Below, in pieces: positions 18,910-28,772 of a stretch of 64,000 bases of DNA (position 1 is its first letter; each line of letters begins with the position of its first letter). The translations under genes were made by a program, and so were the position numbers. This DNA is from Sulfolobales archaeon (GTDB lineage: Archaea > Thermoproteota > Thermoprotei_A > Sulfolobales > NBVN01). The stretch is from positions 224,361-288,360 of the forward strand of contig JAWBQY010000001.1 in NCBI GenBank assembly GCA_038844925.1, in the 5' to 3' direction. Under the pieces are notes generated by a model. That model was not told the origin of the DNA. It did no database searches and saw only the letters and a list, made by a program, of their open reading frames with translations.

Positions 18910-19905
18910 GTGCCTAAAATAACAATCAATGAGAGAGGGGCAATACTAATAAATAACTCACTATCTATCGATGGACATGGCAGTAGTTCCTTGAGAATCG
19001 TCACACACGCACATTCAGATCATGTGAGAGATTTAAGTAAAAGCCTAACTCAATGTAGGGGGGTTGCTGCAACAGCGTTAACCTTAGATTTACTAACTGA
19101 GTTAGGACATACGTTAAGTAGGGGTAATACCATCAGACTTGACTACGGCTCTAAGATTAGAGTTGATGGTTTAGAAGTAATGCTTGAGAGAACTCGTCAC
19201 ATACCAGGCTCGTCTCAAGTAGTAGCAGTAGATGAAGATGGGTTGAGGATAGTATACACCAGCGATTTTAAAAAACCTGGTAGGGAAACGCCTATAATCG
19301 AGTCTGATATTTTAATAATTGACGCAGTATACGGGAACCCCTCATACGTTAGGGAGTTTGATGACTATATAGAGAGCATACTAGCAGACCTAACCGTGCA
19401 GCTACTTAGTAAGGGACCTGTAATTATTCAAGGCTATCACGGAAAGCTTCAGGAAGTTATGCACATACTCAGAAATTACGGGATCGACGCACCATACCTA
19501 CTAACACCTAAAACTTACAAACTGACTAAAGCTGTTGAGAAGTACGGATTAAGTATAGGTAACTACTTCGTCTTAAACTCTAGGGAAGGGATGGAATTAA
19601 TGAGGAGTAATTGGTTCTTACTGCTGGATCATTTAAATTCAAACTACAGCTACAGCCTTAAAGAGCTTAAGGCTTCGAGAATAGTCTTAAGTGGTTGGGA
19701 ATTTAAGAAACCCTATAGATACTTAGGGGGTGGGAGGTGGTTAGTAGCCTTCAGCGATCATGCAGACTTCAATGGATTAATGAACTACGTAATTAACTCA
19801 AACCCTAAAACAGTAATTGTTAACTCTGTGAGGAGTACATATGCAGATGTCTTTGCTAACGAGGTAAGGAGGATTACTGGGAGGGAATGTATCGTAATGC
19901 CTTAA
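18910..19905 (+). CDS. MBL-fold (beta-CASP-like) nuclease/hydrolase
   Basis: THAHSDH, HIPGS, YTSDFK, FSDHAD. Confidence 0.85.
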   Translation: MPKITINERGAILINNSLSIDGHGSSSLRIVTHAHSDHVRDLSKSLTQCRGVAATALTLDLLTELGHTLSRGNTIRLDYGSKIRVDGLEVMLERTRHIPGSSQVVAVDEDGLRIVYTSDFKKPGRETPIIESDILIIDAVYGNPSYVREFDDYIESILADLTVQLLSKGPVIIQGYHGKLQEVMHILRNYGIDAPYLLTPKTYKLTKAVEKYGLSIGNYFVLNSREGMELMRSNWFLLLDHLNSNYSYSLKELKASRIVLSGWEFKKPYRYLGGGRWLVAFSDHADFNGLMNYVINSNPKTVIVNSVRSTYADVFANEVRRITGRECIVMP

Positions 19906-20008
19906 GCACTGTATTACCACCTACACAGCATCAGTACTAGAGCGTGGAGGCACAGTAAGTTTAATAGTTTCATTTTAAGAAGTTTATAATAGGTTTGGAA
20001 GTGGGATA

Positions 20009-21532
20009 TTGAGTGACGTTAAGATTAAAAGACTGGAGGACCTGAACATCAGCCCTACCATGGTTAGTAAGTTAAGAGAGGCTGGGTATAAGACCTTAGA
20101 AGCGTTAGCAGCTGCTAATATTAACGAGTTAGCGACAGTTGTTGGCATACCGCTACCAACTGCTCAAAGAATAGTTAATCAGGCTAGGGAGGCGTTAGGA
20201 CTTAAGTTTAAGACAGCCTTAGAAGTTAAGAAGGAGAGACTAGGTATTAAGAAGATTACAACAGGTTCTAAGAATTTAGACAGCTTGCTAGGTGGTGGTG
20301 TTGAAATTAAAACAATTACAGAGTTATTCGGCGAGTATGGAACCGGGAAATGCTTTACGAAGGATACTGAGGTAGCGTACTACGACGGTTACGAATTGCG
20401 TGTGGAGACCGTTGAGGAGATGTACACTAGATATAGTAACTTATTTGGTGAGGAAGCTTACGACGGAGGTTTCCTAGTACATATTAGCAACATATACGTA
20501 CCGACAGTTGTTGAAGATCGTTTAGTAATCGTTAGGAGTGATGGTCTGTATAAAGAGATGGTTAGGAAGGTCTTAGAAATAGAATTAGTTGATGGCACTA
20601 CCTTAAGAGCTACTGTTAATCATCCGATGTTAACGTCTATTAATGGATGCCTTAAGTGGTGTCCTGCTAAGTACTTAAGACCTGGAGACTTTGTTATAGG
20701 TATTAAGCACCCACTCAAGCTTGACACGCTAGAGAAGCTTAAACTCATAGATCCTTCAGGGAGAAGTAGTTTAAACATCATAGCATTAACTAAGGATCTA
20801 GGTCTAACCTACCACACAATTAAAGATGTAAGGACTGTTGAATACCGTGACTACGTATACGATTTAATCGTCCCAAAAATCCACTACTTCATAGATCCTA
20901 ATGGCCTAATACTCCACAACACCCAGCTATGCCACCAGCTTTCAGTTAACGTTCAACTACCGCCTGAGAAAGGAGGTCTAGCCGGTAAGGCTATGTACAT
21001 AGATAGTGAGGGTACTTTCAGATGGGAGAGGATTGAAGCTATGGCGAGGGGGTTAGGCTTAAACCCCGATGAAGTTATGGAGAACATCATATATATAAGG
21101 GCTGTTAACAGCGATCATCAAATAGCTATAGTTGATGAAATCATGGAGTTAATACCTAAGGAAAACATAAAACTACTTGTCATAGATTCAGTTACAGGTC
21201 ACTTTAGAGCTGAGTACCCAGGACGTGAGAACTTAGCGTTGAGGCAGCAGAAACTTAACAGACATCTACATCAACTTAATAGAATTGCTGATATGTACGA
21301 TATCGCTGTCGTAGTAACTAATCAAGTTATGGCGAGACCAGACGTCTTCTACGGAGATCCTACACAGGCTGTAGGAGGACATATACTAGCGCACGCCCCT
21401 GGAGTCAGAGTTCAGCTACGGCGGAGTAGGGGCAATAGGAGGATCGCTAGAGTTGTAGATGCACCACACCTTCCAGAGGGTGAGGCAGTTTTCGCAATAA
21501 CTGAAACCGGAATTAAGGATGTCGAAGAATGA
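20009..21532 (+). CDS. radA: DNA repair and recombination protein RadA, intein-containing
   Basis: [20 protein letters not shown]-loop split by an insert; [32 protein letters not shown]. Confidence 0.96.
   Translation: MSDVKIKRLEDLNISPTMVSKLREAGYKTLEALAAANINELATVVGIPLPTAQRIVNQAREALGLKFKTALEVKKERLGIKKITTGSKNLDSLLGGGVEIKTITELFGEYGTGKCFTKDTEVAYYDGYELRVETVEEMYTRYSNLFGEEAYDGGFLVHISNIYVPTVVEDRLVIVRSDGLYKEMVRKVLEIELVDGTTLRATVNHPMLTSINGCLKWCPAKYLRPGDFVIGIKHPLKLDTLEKLKLIDPSGRSSLNIIALTKDLGLTYHTIKDVRTVEYRDYVYDLIVPKIHYFIDPNGLILHNTQLCHQLSVNVQLPPEKGGLAGKAMYIDSEGTFRWERIEAMARGLGLNPDEVMENIIYIRAVNSDHQIAIVDEIMELIPKENIKLLVIDSVTGHFRAEYPGRENLALRQQKLNRHLHQLNRIADMYDIAVVVTNQVMARPDVFYGDPTQAVGGHILAHAPGVRVQLRRSRGNRRIARVVDAPHLPEGEAVFAITETGIKDVEE
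20351..20920 (+). mobile_element. Mini-intein (190 aa) in the RadA P-loop
   Basis: Starts CFTKDT (block A); TVNHP (block B); YVYDL (block F); ends LILHN followed by Thr +1; no LAGLIDADG motifs seen. Confidence 0.92.
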
Positions 21533-22287
21533 TTCTATTAGACCTACAAACACGTTATGAATTAATCCCCATACTCGCTACTATAGCTACTTTGATCATT
21601 GCAACGTATTACGATATTAAAAGTAGGGAGATCGCCGAGTTTTTATGGGTACCTGCATTAGTAATATCAGTACTATCAGCTTACTTTGTCTCTAGACCTA
21701 ATTTATTAGTGCTTATCTTCTCACTCATGCCTGCACTAATAGTGCTAGTCCTCGTACTACTTAAATTAATCGGTGGGGCTGACTTCCTCGCAATCCTCCT
21801 AATAGGGCTCTCAACACCTTACTTAAACGTACTACCTATATCATTACTCACACTCTTCTACTCAGCACTAATACCCTCAACTACAATAATATATAACTTC
21901 ATCATAAATACCGTAAAGTACAGAGGCATTTACTTAAAATTGAAGTGTGACCCAACACCTAAGTGGTTGTTATTATTTCTTGGCAGACCTATTAAGGTTT
22001 CAGCCTTTATTAGGAGTAAGTTCTTATACCCCCTAACTGTATTTGAGTGTAACTCTAAAACCTATGACGTTATGTGCAGAACTTCCTTCGATATAAGTGA
22101 GGACTTCAAGGAACACATTAACCAAGTAGAGAAATGCTTAAGTAAGGGTTATTTAAGACCTGAGGACCACATCTGGGTGACTCCTGCATTACCCCACATT
22201 CTCTTTATAACCGTTGGCTACCTACTATCATTAATGACTCCTAAAGAACTTATTTACGGTATATTTAAGTTGTTTCTAGGCACTTGA
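21529..22287 (+). CDS. Prepilin/prearchaellin peptidase (A24, PibD/FlaK-like)
   Basis: [15 protein letters not shown] aspartate motifs, WVTPALP; membrane protein. Confidence 0.85.
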   Translation: MILLDLQTRYELIPILATIATLIIATYYDIKSREIAEFLWVPALVISVLSAYFVSRPNLLVLIFSLMPALIVLVLVLLKLIGGADFLAILLIGLSTPYLNVLPISLLTLFYSALIPSTTIIYNFIINTVKYRGIYLKLKCDPTPKWLLLFLGRPIKVSAFIRSKFLYPLTVFECNSKTYDVMCRTSFDISEDFKEHINQVEKCLSKGYLRPEDHIWVTPALPHILFITVGYLLSLMTPKELIYGIFKLFLGT

Positions 22288-22288
22288 G

Positions 22289-22798
22289 GTGATATTACTG
22301 AGTTATAAAGTCCTCTGGGCTCCGTGGAGGATGAAGTACATAGCTAAGCATCATGAGAAAACCTGCATATTCTGCGATGCTAGGAATAAGCCTGACGATG
22401 AGTCGTATGTGATCTTCAGAAGCTCAACTTCCTTTGCAATACTTAACTTATATCCTTATAATACGGCGCATGTGATGGTAGCACCGTACAGACATGTCAA
22501 TAGTTTTGAACTACTAAGTGATGAGGAGTTATTAGACTTTATGAGACTTGTAAAGCTAGTACTTAAAGCTATAGATAATGAGTACAGACCGCATGGCTAT
22601 AACGTTGGGGCGAACTTAGGGCAGGTTGCCGGCGCTGGTGTTGAAGGACATTTACACCTACATATAGTGCCTCGATGGTTGGGTGATACCAACTTCATGC
22701 CCTTAATAGCTAATGTAAAGGTAATACCTGAGGATATAAGGGATACGTACTCTAGGTTAAAAAAAGCAGTTAACGTCGTCTTTAAACAGTTACAGTAA
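22289..22798 (+). CDS. HIT-family nucleotide hydrolase; may start at CTG 22298
   Basis: LWAPWRMKYI, CIFC, NLYPYN, HLHLHIVPRW. Confidence 0.92.
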   Translation: MILLSYKVLWAPWRMKYIAKHHEKTCIFCDARNKPDDESYVIFRSSTSFAILNLYPYNTAHVMVAPYRHVNSFELLSDEELLDFMRLVKLVLKAIDNEYRPHGYNVGANLGQVAGAGVEGHLHLHIVPRWLGDTNFMPLIANVKVIPEDIRDTYSRLKKAVNVVFKQLQ

Positions 22799-22804
22799 AC
22801 AATA

Positions 22805-24259
22805 CTATTTCTTCATGAATCCTGCGTACCTGGCCCACTGATACAGAGCTCCGAGAACCTTTACAGCCCTCTCAGGCTGGCAGAAGAACGTAGGAACTTG
22901 TGCATGCGTCTCTATGTACTCAACAGCCTGTAGCGTCTCAGGTATGTCACCACTCATAGACACAACTACTGGTTTATCCATTCCGTTAGCCCTAGCTTCA
23001 TTAACACCTTCAACAACTGCTTTAGCAAACTCCATTGGCGGTGTGATTACTGTATGCCAGTGACCTATGATTACTGCGTCAGTCTTAGGATGCATTAACG
23101 CTAACTTAATACCCTTTTGAACCATGTCTGGTGTGCATGATCCTGTTATGTCCATAGGATTACCGAAAGCACCGAAAGGCGGTACGAACTTCTTAAACTC
23201 ATCTACAAGATCTTGAGGTGCCTCCATCAAGTATAAGTTGTTATCAGCTGCTGCATCGCATAATAGTACGCCTAAACCGCCTGCCATAGTGATTATGAAC
23301 ACGTTCTCACCCCTAGGACGTGGAAGCATTGCTAATGATCTACCTATATCGAATAATTCGTCAAGAGCGTAGACCCTAATAATGCCTGCCTTCTTAAACG
23401 CTGCATTAATAACTTCATCGGAAGCCGTAAGTGCTGCTGTATGTGATTTAGCTGCTTTCTCACCGTAACCAGTTCTCCCAGCCTTTAAAACCACTATAGG
23501 CTTCTTCTTCGAAACTATTCTAGCAGTTTCTATGAACTTCTTACCATCCTTTATAGACTCCATGTGAAGTGATATTGCCTTAGTATTCTCATCAGCGTAG
23601 AAGTACCAGAGTAGGTCTGCGTGATCTATATCGGACATATTGCCTAAACCAACGTTTATGGAGATCCCTATTCTCTTCCATCTAGCATAGCCGAAAGCAG
23701 CCATACCCACACCACCACTCTGCGCTACAGTAGCTAAACCTCCTTTGAACTCGTAGGGTATCGTAAATGACAGGCTTAGATTATACCAGGGACTGTAGAT
23801 GCCGTAGGTGTTAGGACCGATGATCCTAACACCATGCTCTCTTGCAGTTCTAACTAATTTCTCCTGTAGTTCTACGTTACCGGTCTCAGCAAAACCTGAA
23901 GACACTACAACAGCTACTGGTACTTTCTTCTCAGCTAGTGATGGAATGACGTCGGGTACCATAGCAGCAGGTATGGATATTAAAGCGGCATCGACTTCAG
24001 GCTCTGGTACTGCCCTAACATCTGGGTAGCATTTAAGCCCTAATATCTCTGTAGCCCTAGGGTTTATCGGGTATATATTCCCTTTAAACCCACCATCTAT
24101 TAAGTTCTTTATTACTGCATAACCAACTCTACCAGGCTCTCTTGAAGCACCTACGACGGCAACGTTCCTAGGTCTGAAGAACCTCATAAACCTATTTATT
24201 AGGTCTTTCCCATACTCTGGTATGCCCTCCACATTATACGAATTCATAATCCACACCAA
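22805..24259 (-). CDS. Acyl-CoA synthetase (NDP-forming), alpha subunit
   Basis: VAVVGAS, SSGFAETG, IIGPNTYG, AQSGG, AAKSHTAAL, NPMDITG. Confidence 0.9.
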   Translation of the reverse strand: MVWIMNSYNVEGIPEYGKDLINRFMRFFRPRNVAVVGASREPGRVGYAVIKNLIDGGFKGNIYPINPRATEILGLKCYPDVRAVPEPEVDAALISIPAAMVPDVIPSLAEKKVPVAVVVSSGFAETGNVELQEKLVRTAREHGVRIIGPNTYGIYSPWYNLSLSFTIPYEFKGGLATVAQSGGVGMAAFGYARWKRIGISINVGLGNMSDIDHADLLWYFYADENTKAISLHMESIKDGKKFIETARIVSKKKPIVVLKAGRTGYGEKAAKSHTAALTASDEVINAAFKKAGIIRVYALDELFDIGRSLAMLPRPRGENVFIITMAGGLGVLLCDAAADNNLYLMEAPQDLVDEFKKFVPPFGAFGNPMDITGSCTPDMVQKGIKLALMHPKTDAVIIGHWHTVITPPMEFAKAVVEGVNEARANGMDKPVVVSMSGDIPETLQAVEYIETHAQVPTFFCQPERAVKVLGALYQWARYAGFMKK

Positions 24260-24342
24260 CTTAAATTTAAAGGAAGTCTATTTAAACATTTACGTTAATT
24301 ATGTTTTAAGATTTTTAAGCGTATAGAGATATTTTCGTAACG

Positions 24343-27315
24343 GTGTCAGTTATTGATTTGGCTAGCTTGAAGGTTAAGGACGTTGAAGAATATGTTAGGA
24401 AGTTCTGGATTAGAAATAACGTACCCTCAAAGTGGAGGGAGTGGAGGGATAATGCACCAACATTTACATTCCTCGAAGGACCTCCTACAGCTAATGGCTA
24501 TCCACACGTAGGACACATCAGGGGTAGGACGTATAAGGACTTCGTCTTAAGGTACTATAGGATTAAAGGGTATAACGTGTGGGCTCAGGGTGGTTGGGAT
24601 GAGCAAGGACTACCTGTTGAGGTCGAAGTTGAAAAGAAATTAGGTTTGAAGAATAAGAAGGACGTAGAGTTACTAGGCTTTGAGAGATTCGTAGACGAAT
24701 GTAATAAGTTAGTTGACCACTACCTAAAGGTTTGGTCAGACGTAGGTACTTTTAGACTGGGTTTATGGCTTGATTTAACAAACGCTTATGAGACCCGTAA
24801 AGCCTACTACATAGAGCATGTATGGCATTTCATTAAGAAAATGTATGAGAAAGGACTACTCTTCGAAGGTTTTAGAGTCCTCCCATACTGCCCTAGATGT
24901 GAAACAGCGTTAAGCGATGCTGAAGTTGACCAAGGATATGAGGAGAAGGTATCCCCATCAATCTACGTTAAATTTAAACTCACCAACCACGAGAAGACCT
25001 ACCTATTAATTTGGACTACCACGCCGTGGACTTTAATAGATAATGAGGCTGTCGCAGTTAGAAGTGATGGAGACTACTGTAAGGCATTAATAGGTGATGA
25101 GTACGTCTTCATCGCTAAGGACTTAATAACTAATATTTCAAAACTCTTAGGTGTTGAGGTAGTCTGCGTTGAAGAGCTTAAAGGTGATGCACTAAGCGGT
25201 CTGAAATATGAACACCCGCTAATTACTGAGGTCCCCATACATAGAGAACATATTGATTCGCATAAGGTACTCACAGCTGACTTCGTATCATTAACTGAGG
25301 GTTCAGGACTAGTTCACATAGCACCAGCACACGGCCCTGAAGACTACGAATTAGGTGTTAAGCACAACCTACCGATAAGTAATAGCGTTAACATTAATGG
25401 AGTTTTCAACGAGTTCGGCGGGGTCTTCAAGAACCTAAGCATTGAGGAAGCATCACGTAAGGTTATTGAGATCCTGAAGTCCAAAGGTCTACTAGTGTAT
25501 GAGGGAACAATAACACATATGTACCCGCACTGCTGGAGATGTGGTACACCGCTAATCTACAGAACAGATAAGCAGTGGTTTTTAAAGATATCCTCAACTA
25601 AGGACAGATTAATCGCCAGTTTAGATATGGTTAGAATATATCCGGAGAAGCTCCGTGATAGGTTTTATAATTGGTTAATTAACGCTAAGGACTGGACTAT
25701 ATCGAGATCACGTATTTGGGGAACTCCACTACCTATATGGAGATGTAAGGAGGATCCGGAGAAGATATTAGTCGTAGGCTCTATTGAAGAGCTCACTAAG
25801 CTAGCTGTTGAACTACCAGACGTAGATAAGGATAAATTAGTGCATAGACCTTGGATAGATAACGTAAAATTATCGACTGAGGATTGCCGGGAGTGGGTTC
25901 GCGAACCATATGTAATAGATGTATGGATAGATAGTGGTGTAGCATGGATGGCTAGTATTGACGGATTAAGGAATTTAGAACTATTTAAGAAGTTATATCC
26001 CTATGACTTTGTAACTGAAGCTATAGATCAGACTAGAGGTTGGTTCTACTCACTACTCGCGACTTCAGTCTTGATGAACGACAAACCACCCTATAAGAGC
26101 ATATTGATTCAAGGACATGTGGTTGATAAGTACGGTCAGAAGATGAGTAAATCTAAAGGTAATGTTATATGGGCTCAAGACATTTTCGAAAAGTATGGCG
26201 TTGACCCGGTCAGAGCCTACATACTAACAAAGTTCGCGCCAGGTGAGGTATTCTCATTCGACCCCGATGAGGTTAAGGAAATGATTAATAAGTTAAACAT
26301 CATATGGAACGTCTACAGATTCGCACATATGTATATGTCATTAGATAAGTTTGACCCGAGGACCTACAGGTTAGATGAGCTCATAACTTCAGCTAGGGTT
26401 GAAGATATATGGATACTATCGAAGTTTTACAGTACTTTAAAGGCTTATGAATCGTCTATGGAGAAATACGAATTGCATCAGGCAAGTAGGGCTATCTTCG
26501 AATACTTAATTGAGTACTTAAGTCATAGGTACATAAGGCTTGTACGACCGAGAGTTTGGAAGGAGGAAGGAGATGATAAATTCATCGCATATGCAGTACT
26601 TTATAAAGTATTAAAAGAATCGCTCAAACTACTAGCCCCTATAATACCCCATATAAGTGAGTATCTTTGGCTACACTTCGTTAAGTACTACGAACCTGAT
26701 GAAGCTGAGAGCCTACATCTAACTAAGCTTCCTCAAGTTAATGAGGACCGTATAAGGAGTGATTTAGAGATGGATTTCGAGCTAATCTTCGAGTTATACA
26801 CCTCAGTAAACTCTATGAGGAATGCCCTTGGAATTAAGCTAAGATGGCCTGTTAAGGAAGTATTCGTCGAGTTAGGTAGTGAGTTACTAACTAGGATTTC
26901 AAAATATTCAAACATAATTAAGTTCTTAGCAAATGCTAAAGACATCTACATAACAGCTGAACTACCCAGTAAGTGCTTTAGTGAGGAATTCCTAACTAAG
27001 GACTTCAATAAGTTTAAGGTATGTGTGAGTAAGGCTATAGATAAGGAATTATACTACGAAGGAATTGCTAGAGAGTTAATTAGGCGGATTCAGGTAATGA
27101 GGAATAAGGCTAACCTAGCAGTAGATGAATTCATAGAACTCGCAATATTTACAGATGATGAGGATGTGAAGGACTCCATCAAAACGTTCTACGATTTCAT
27201 ACTCAGTGAGACTAGGTCTACCTCAATTATTAATGAGAAGGAAGGCATGTACCTAGCTGAGTGGGACCTTGAAGGTAGGAAGGTAACCATAGGTATAAGA
27301 AGAGCTAAGCATTAA
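24343..27315 (+). CDS. ileS: Isoleucyl-tRNA synthetase
   Basis: EGPPTANGYPHVGH, WTTTPWTL, WTISRSRIWGTPLP, DQTRGWFYSL, KMSKS. Confidence 0.97.
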   Translation: MSVIDLASLKVKDVEEYVRKFWIRNNVPSKWREWRDNAPTFTFLEGPPTANGYPHVGHIRGRTYKDFVLRYYRIKGYNVWAQGGWDEQGLPVEVEVEKKLGLKNKKDVELLGFERFVDECNKLVDHYLKVWSDVGTFRLGLWLDLTNAYETRKAYYIEHVWHFIKKMYEKGLLFEGFRVLPYCPRCETALSDAEVDQGYEEKVSPSIYVKFKLTNHEKTYLLIWTTTPWTLIDNEAVAVRSDGDYCKALIGDEYVFIAKDLITNISKLLGVEVVCVEELKGDALSGLKYEHPLITEVPIHREHIDSHKVLTADFVSLTEGSGLVHIAPAHGPEDYELGVKHNLPISNSVNINGVFNEFGGVFKNLSIEEASRKVIEILKSKGLLVYEGTITHMYPHCWRCGTPLIYRTDKQWFLKISSTKDRLIASLDMVRIYPEKLRDRFYNWLINAKDWTISRSRIWGTPLPIWRCKEDPEKILVVGSIEELTKLAVELPDVDKDKLVHRPWIDNVKLSTEDCREWVREPYVIDVWIDSGVAWMASIDGLRNLELFKKLYPYDFVTEAIDQTRGWFYSLLATSVLMNDKPPYKSILIQGHVVDKYGQKMSKSKGNVIWAQDIFEKYGVDPVRAYILTKFAPGEVFSFDPDEVKEMINKLNIIWNVYRFAHMYMSLDKFDPRTYRLDELITSARVEDIWILSKFYSTLKAYESSMEKYELHQASRAIFEYLIEYLSHRYIRLVRPRVWKEEGDDKFIAYAVLYKVLKESLKLLAPIIPHISEYLWLHFVKYYEPDEAESLHLTKLPQVNEDRIRSDLEMDFELIFELYTSVNSMRNALGIKLRWPVKEVFVELGSELLTRISKYSNIIKFLANAKDIYITAELPSKCFSEEFLTKDFNKFKVCVSKAIDKELYYEGIARELIRRIQVMRNKANLAVDEFIELAIFTDDEDVKDSIKTFYDFILSETRSTSIINEKEGMYLAEWDLEGRKVTIGIRRAKH

Positions 27316-27328
27316 GATCCTAAAATCC

Positions 27329-28708
27329 TTACTTAACGACCTTCCTAGCTGGGTGTATGTAATCCTTAGGCGCTTTACTATACTGTTCTAAGTACTTACG
27401 CAATGCCTTAGGTATTTCAACAACACCGTCAGGTTTCTGATGGTTTTCAAGTATTGCCGTAATAGTTCTAGTACTAGCAATGGCTGTCGAATTCAGAGTA
27501 TGGAGGTAGTCTCTAACACTTCCCTTACGTCTAAAATACCTGATACGGAGTCTATATGATTGCCAGTCAGTACAATTACTACAGCTAACTAATTCTCTGA
27601 ACTTACCTTGAGCTGGGTACCACACTTCTAGGTCATACTTCTTAGCTGCTGGCGCCCCCAACTCACCAGAAGCCACGTTGACAACCCTGTAAGGCAGTTC
27701 TAGACCGCGGTACAATTCCTCAGCATTACTAATTAACTGTTCGAAAACGTCCCAACTCTGCTCAGGTAACGTATATGCGAATTGCTCCACTTTATGGAAT
27801 TGGTGGACCCTGAAGATACCCTTAATATCCCTACTACCTGCTCCTGCCTCCCTCCTAAAGCAGGGGCTAACACCTACGTAGAGTAGTGGTAGGTAATCCT
27901 CAGGTATTTCATCCCCTGCATGTAGTGCAGCTAATGAATGCTCAGCAGTAGCTATTAGGTATAGGTCCTCGCCCTCTATCTTATAGATCGCATCCTTAAA
28001 CGTACTTAAATCTATGACCCCGGACATATATCGATGTCTAAGCATGTAGGGAGGTAATACTAACTTGAACCCCTTGCTAGTTAGGTAATCAATCGCGTAG
28101 GTCAGTAATGCAATATCAAGCCAGACCATATCATCAAATAAATAGTAAAATCTCGATGAAGCTACCTCAGCTGCTTTTAAGGTATCCCCTAAATTGAGAA
28201 CGTGTTCCAACATGTCTGCATGACCTATAGGTCTCCAGTCAATCACTTCGTAGTCCATGCTCACACCAAGCCCTGCTGTGGATTTGATGAAATCGTTTAG
28301 GAATTCCTTGTATACCTTAGCCTTACCCCAAGCCCTTACAGGAACGTTATAGCTATCGTCAGGACCTACAGGAACTGACGGATGTACGATGTTAGGCATT
28401 GAGGAAAGTAAGCTATCCCTAATCTCCTCAACCTCTGCTAACCTCTTCTCAAGTACTTCAATAGTTTTCAGAAGTTCTTTAGCCTCATCTATCTTGACCT
28501 TACGTTCATCCTCACTTAATTTAGGTATCTGCTGGCTTATCTGGTTATGCTTATGCCTCAAATTATTAACCTCAGTTAACAGCTTCCTCCACTCACCATC
28601 GTATTTTATAGCCTCCTCAACTAATGATACGTCCATGAACCTCTTCCTTAAGGAGTCTCGAAGTACTTCAGGATCCTTTCTCAGGTACTCTAATAGGCTC
28701 CACGGCAT
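27329..28708 (-). CDS. serS: Seryl-tRNA synthetase
   Basis: N-terminal coiled coil, [37 protein letters not shown]. Confidence 0.97.
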   Translation of the reverse strand: MPWSLLEYLRKDPEVLRDSLRKRFMDVSLVEEAIKYDGEWRKLLTEVNNLRHKHNQISQQIPKLSEDERKVKIDEAKELLKTIEVLEKRLAEVEEIRDSLLSSMPNIVHPSVPVGPDDSYNVPVRAWGKAKVYKEFLNDFIKSTAGLGVSMDYEVIDWRPIGHADMLEHVLNLGDTLKAAEVASSRFYYLFDDMVWLDIALLTYAIDYLTSKGFKLVLPPYMLRHRYMSGVIDLSTFKDAIYKIEGEDLYLIATAEHSLAALHAGDEIPEDYLPLLYVGVSPCFRREAGAGSRDIKGIFRVHQFHKVEQFAYTLPEQSWDVFEQLISNAEELYRGLELPYRVVNVASGELGAPAAKKYDLEVWYPAQGKFRELVSCSNCTDWQSYRLRIRYFRRKGSVRDYLHTLNSTAIASTRTITAILENHQKPDGVVEIPKALRKYLEQYSKAPKDYIHPARKVVK

Positions 28709-28772
28709 TAGATTCCCACACACATTTCATGGGTTTAGAAGTTAAATAAGCTTAACACAACCGCGAAGTACA

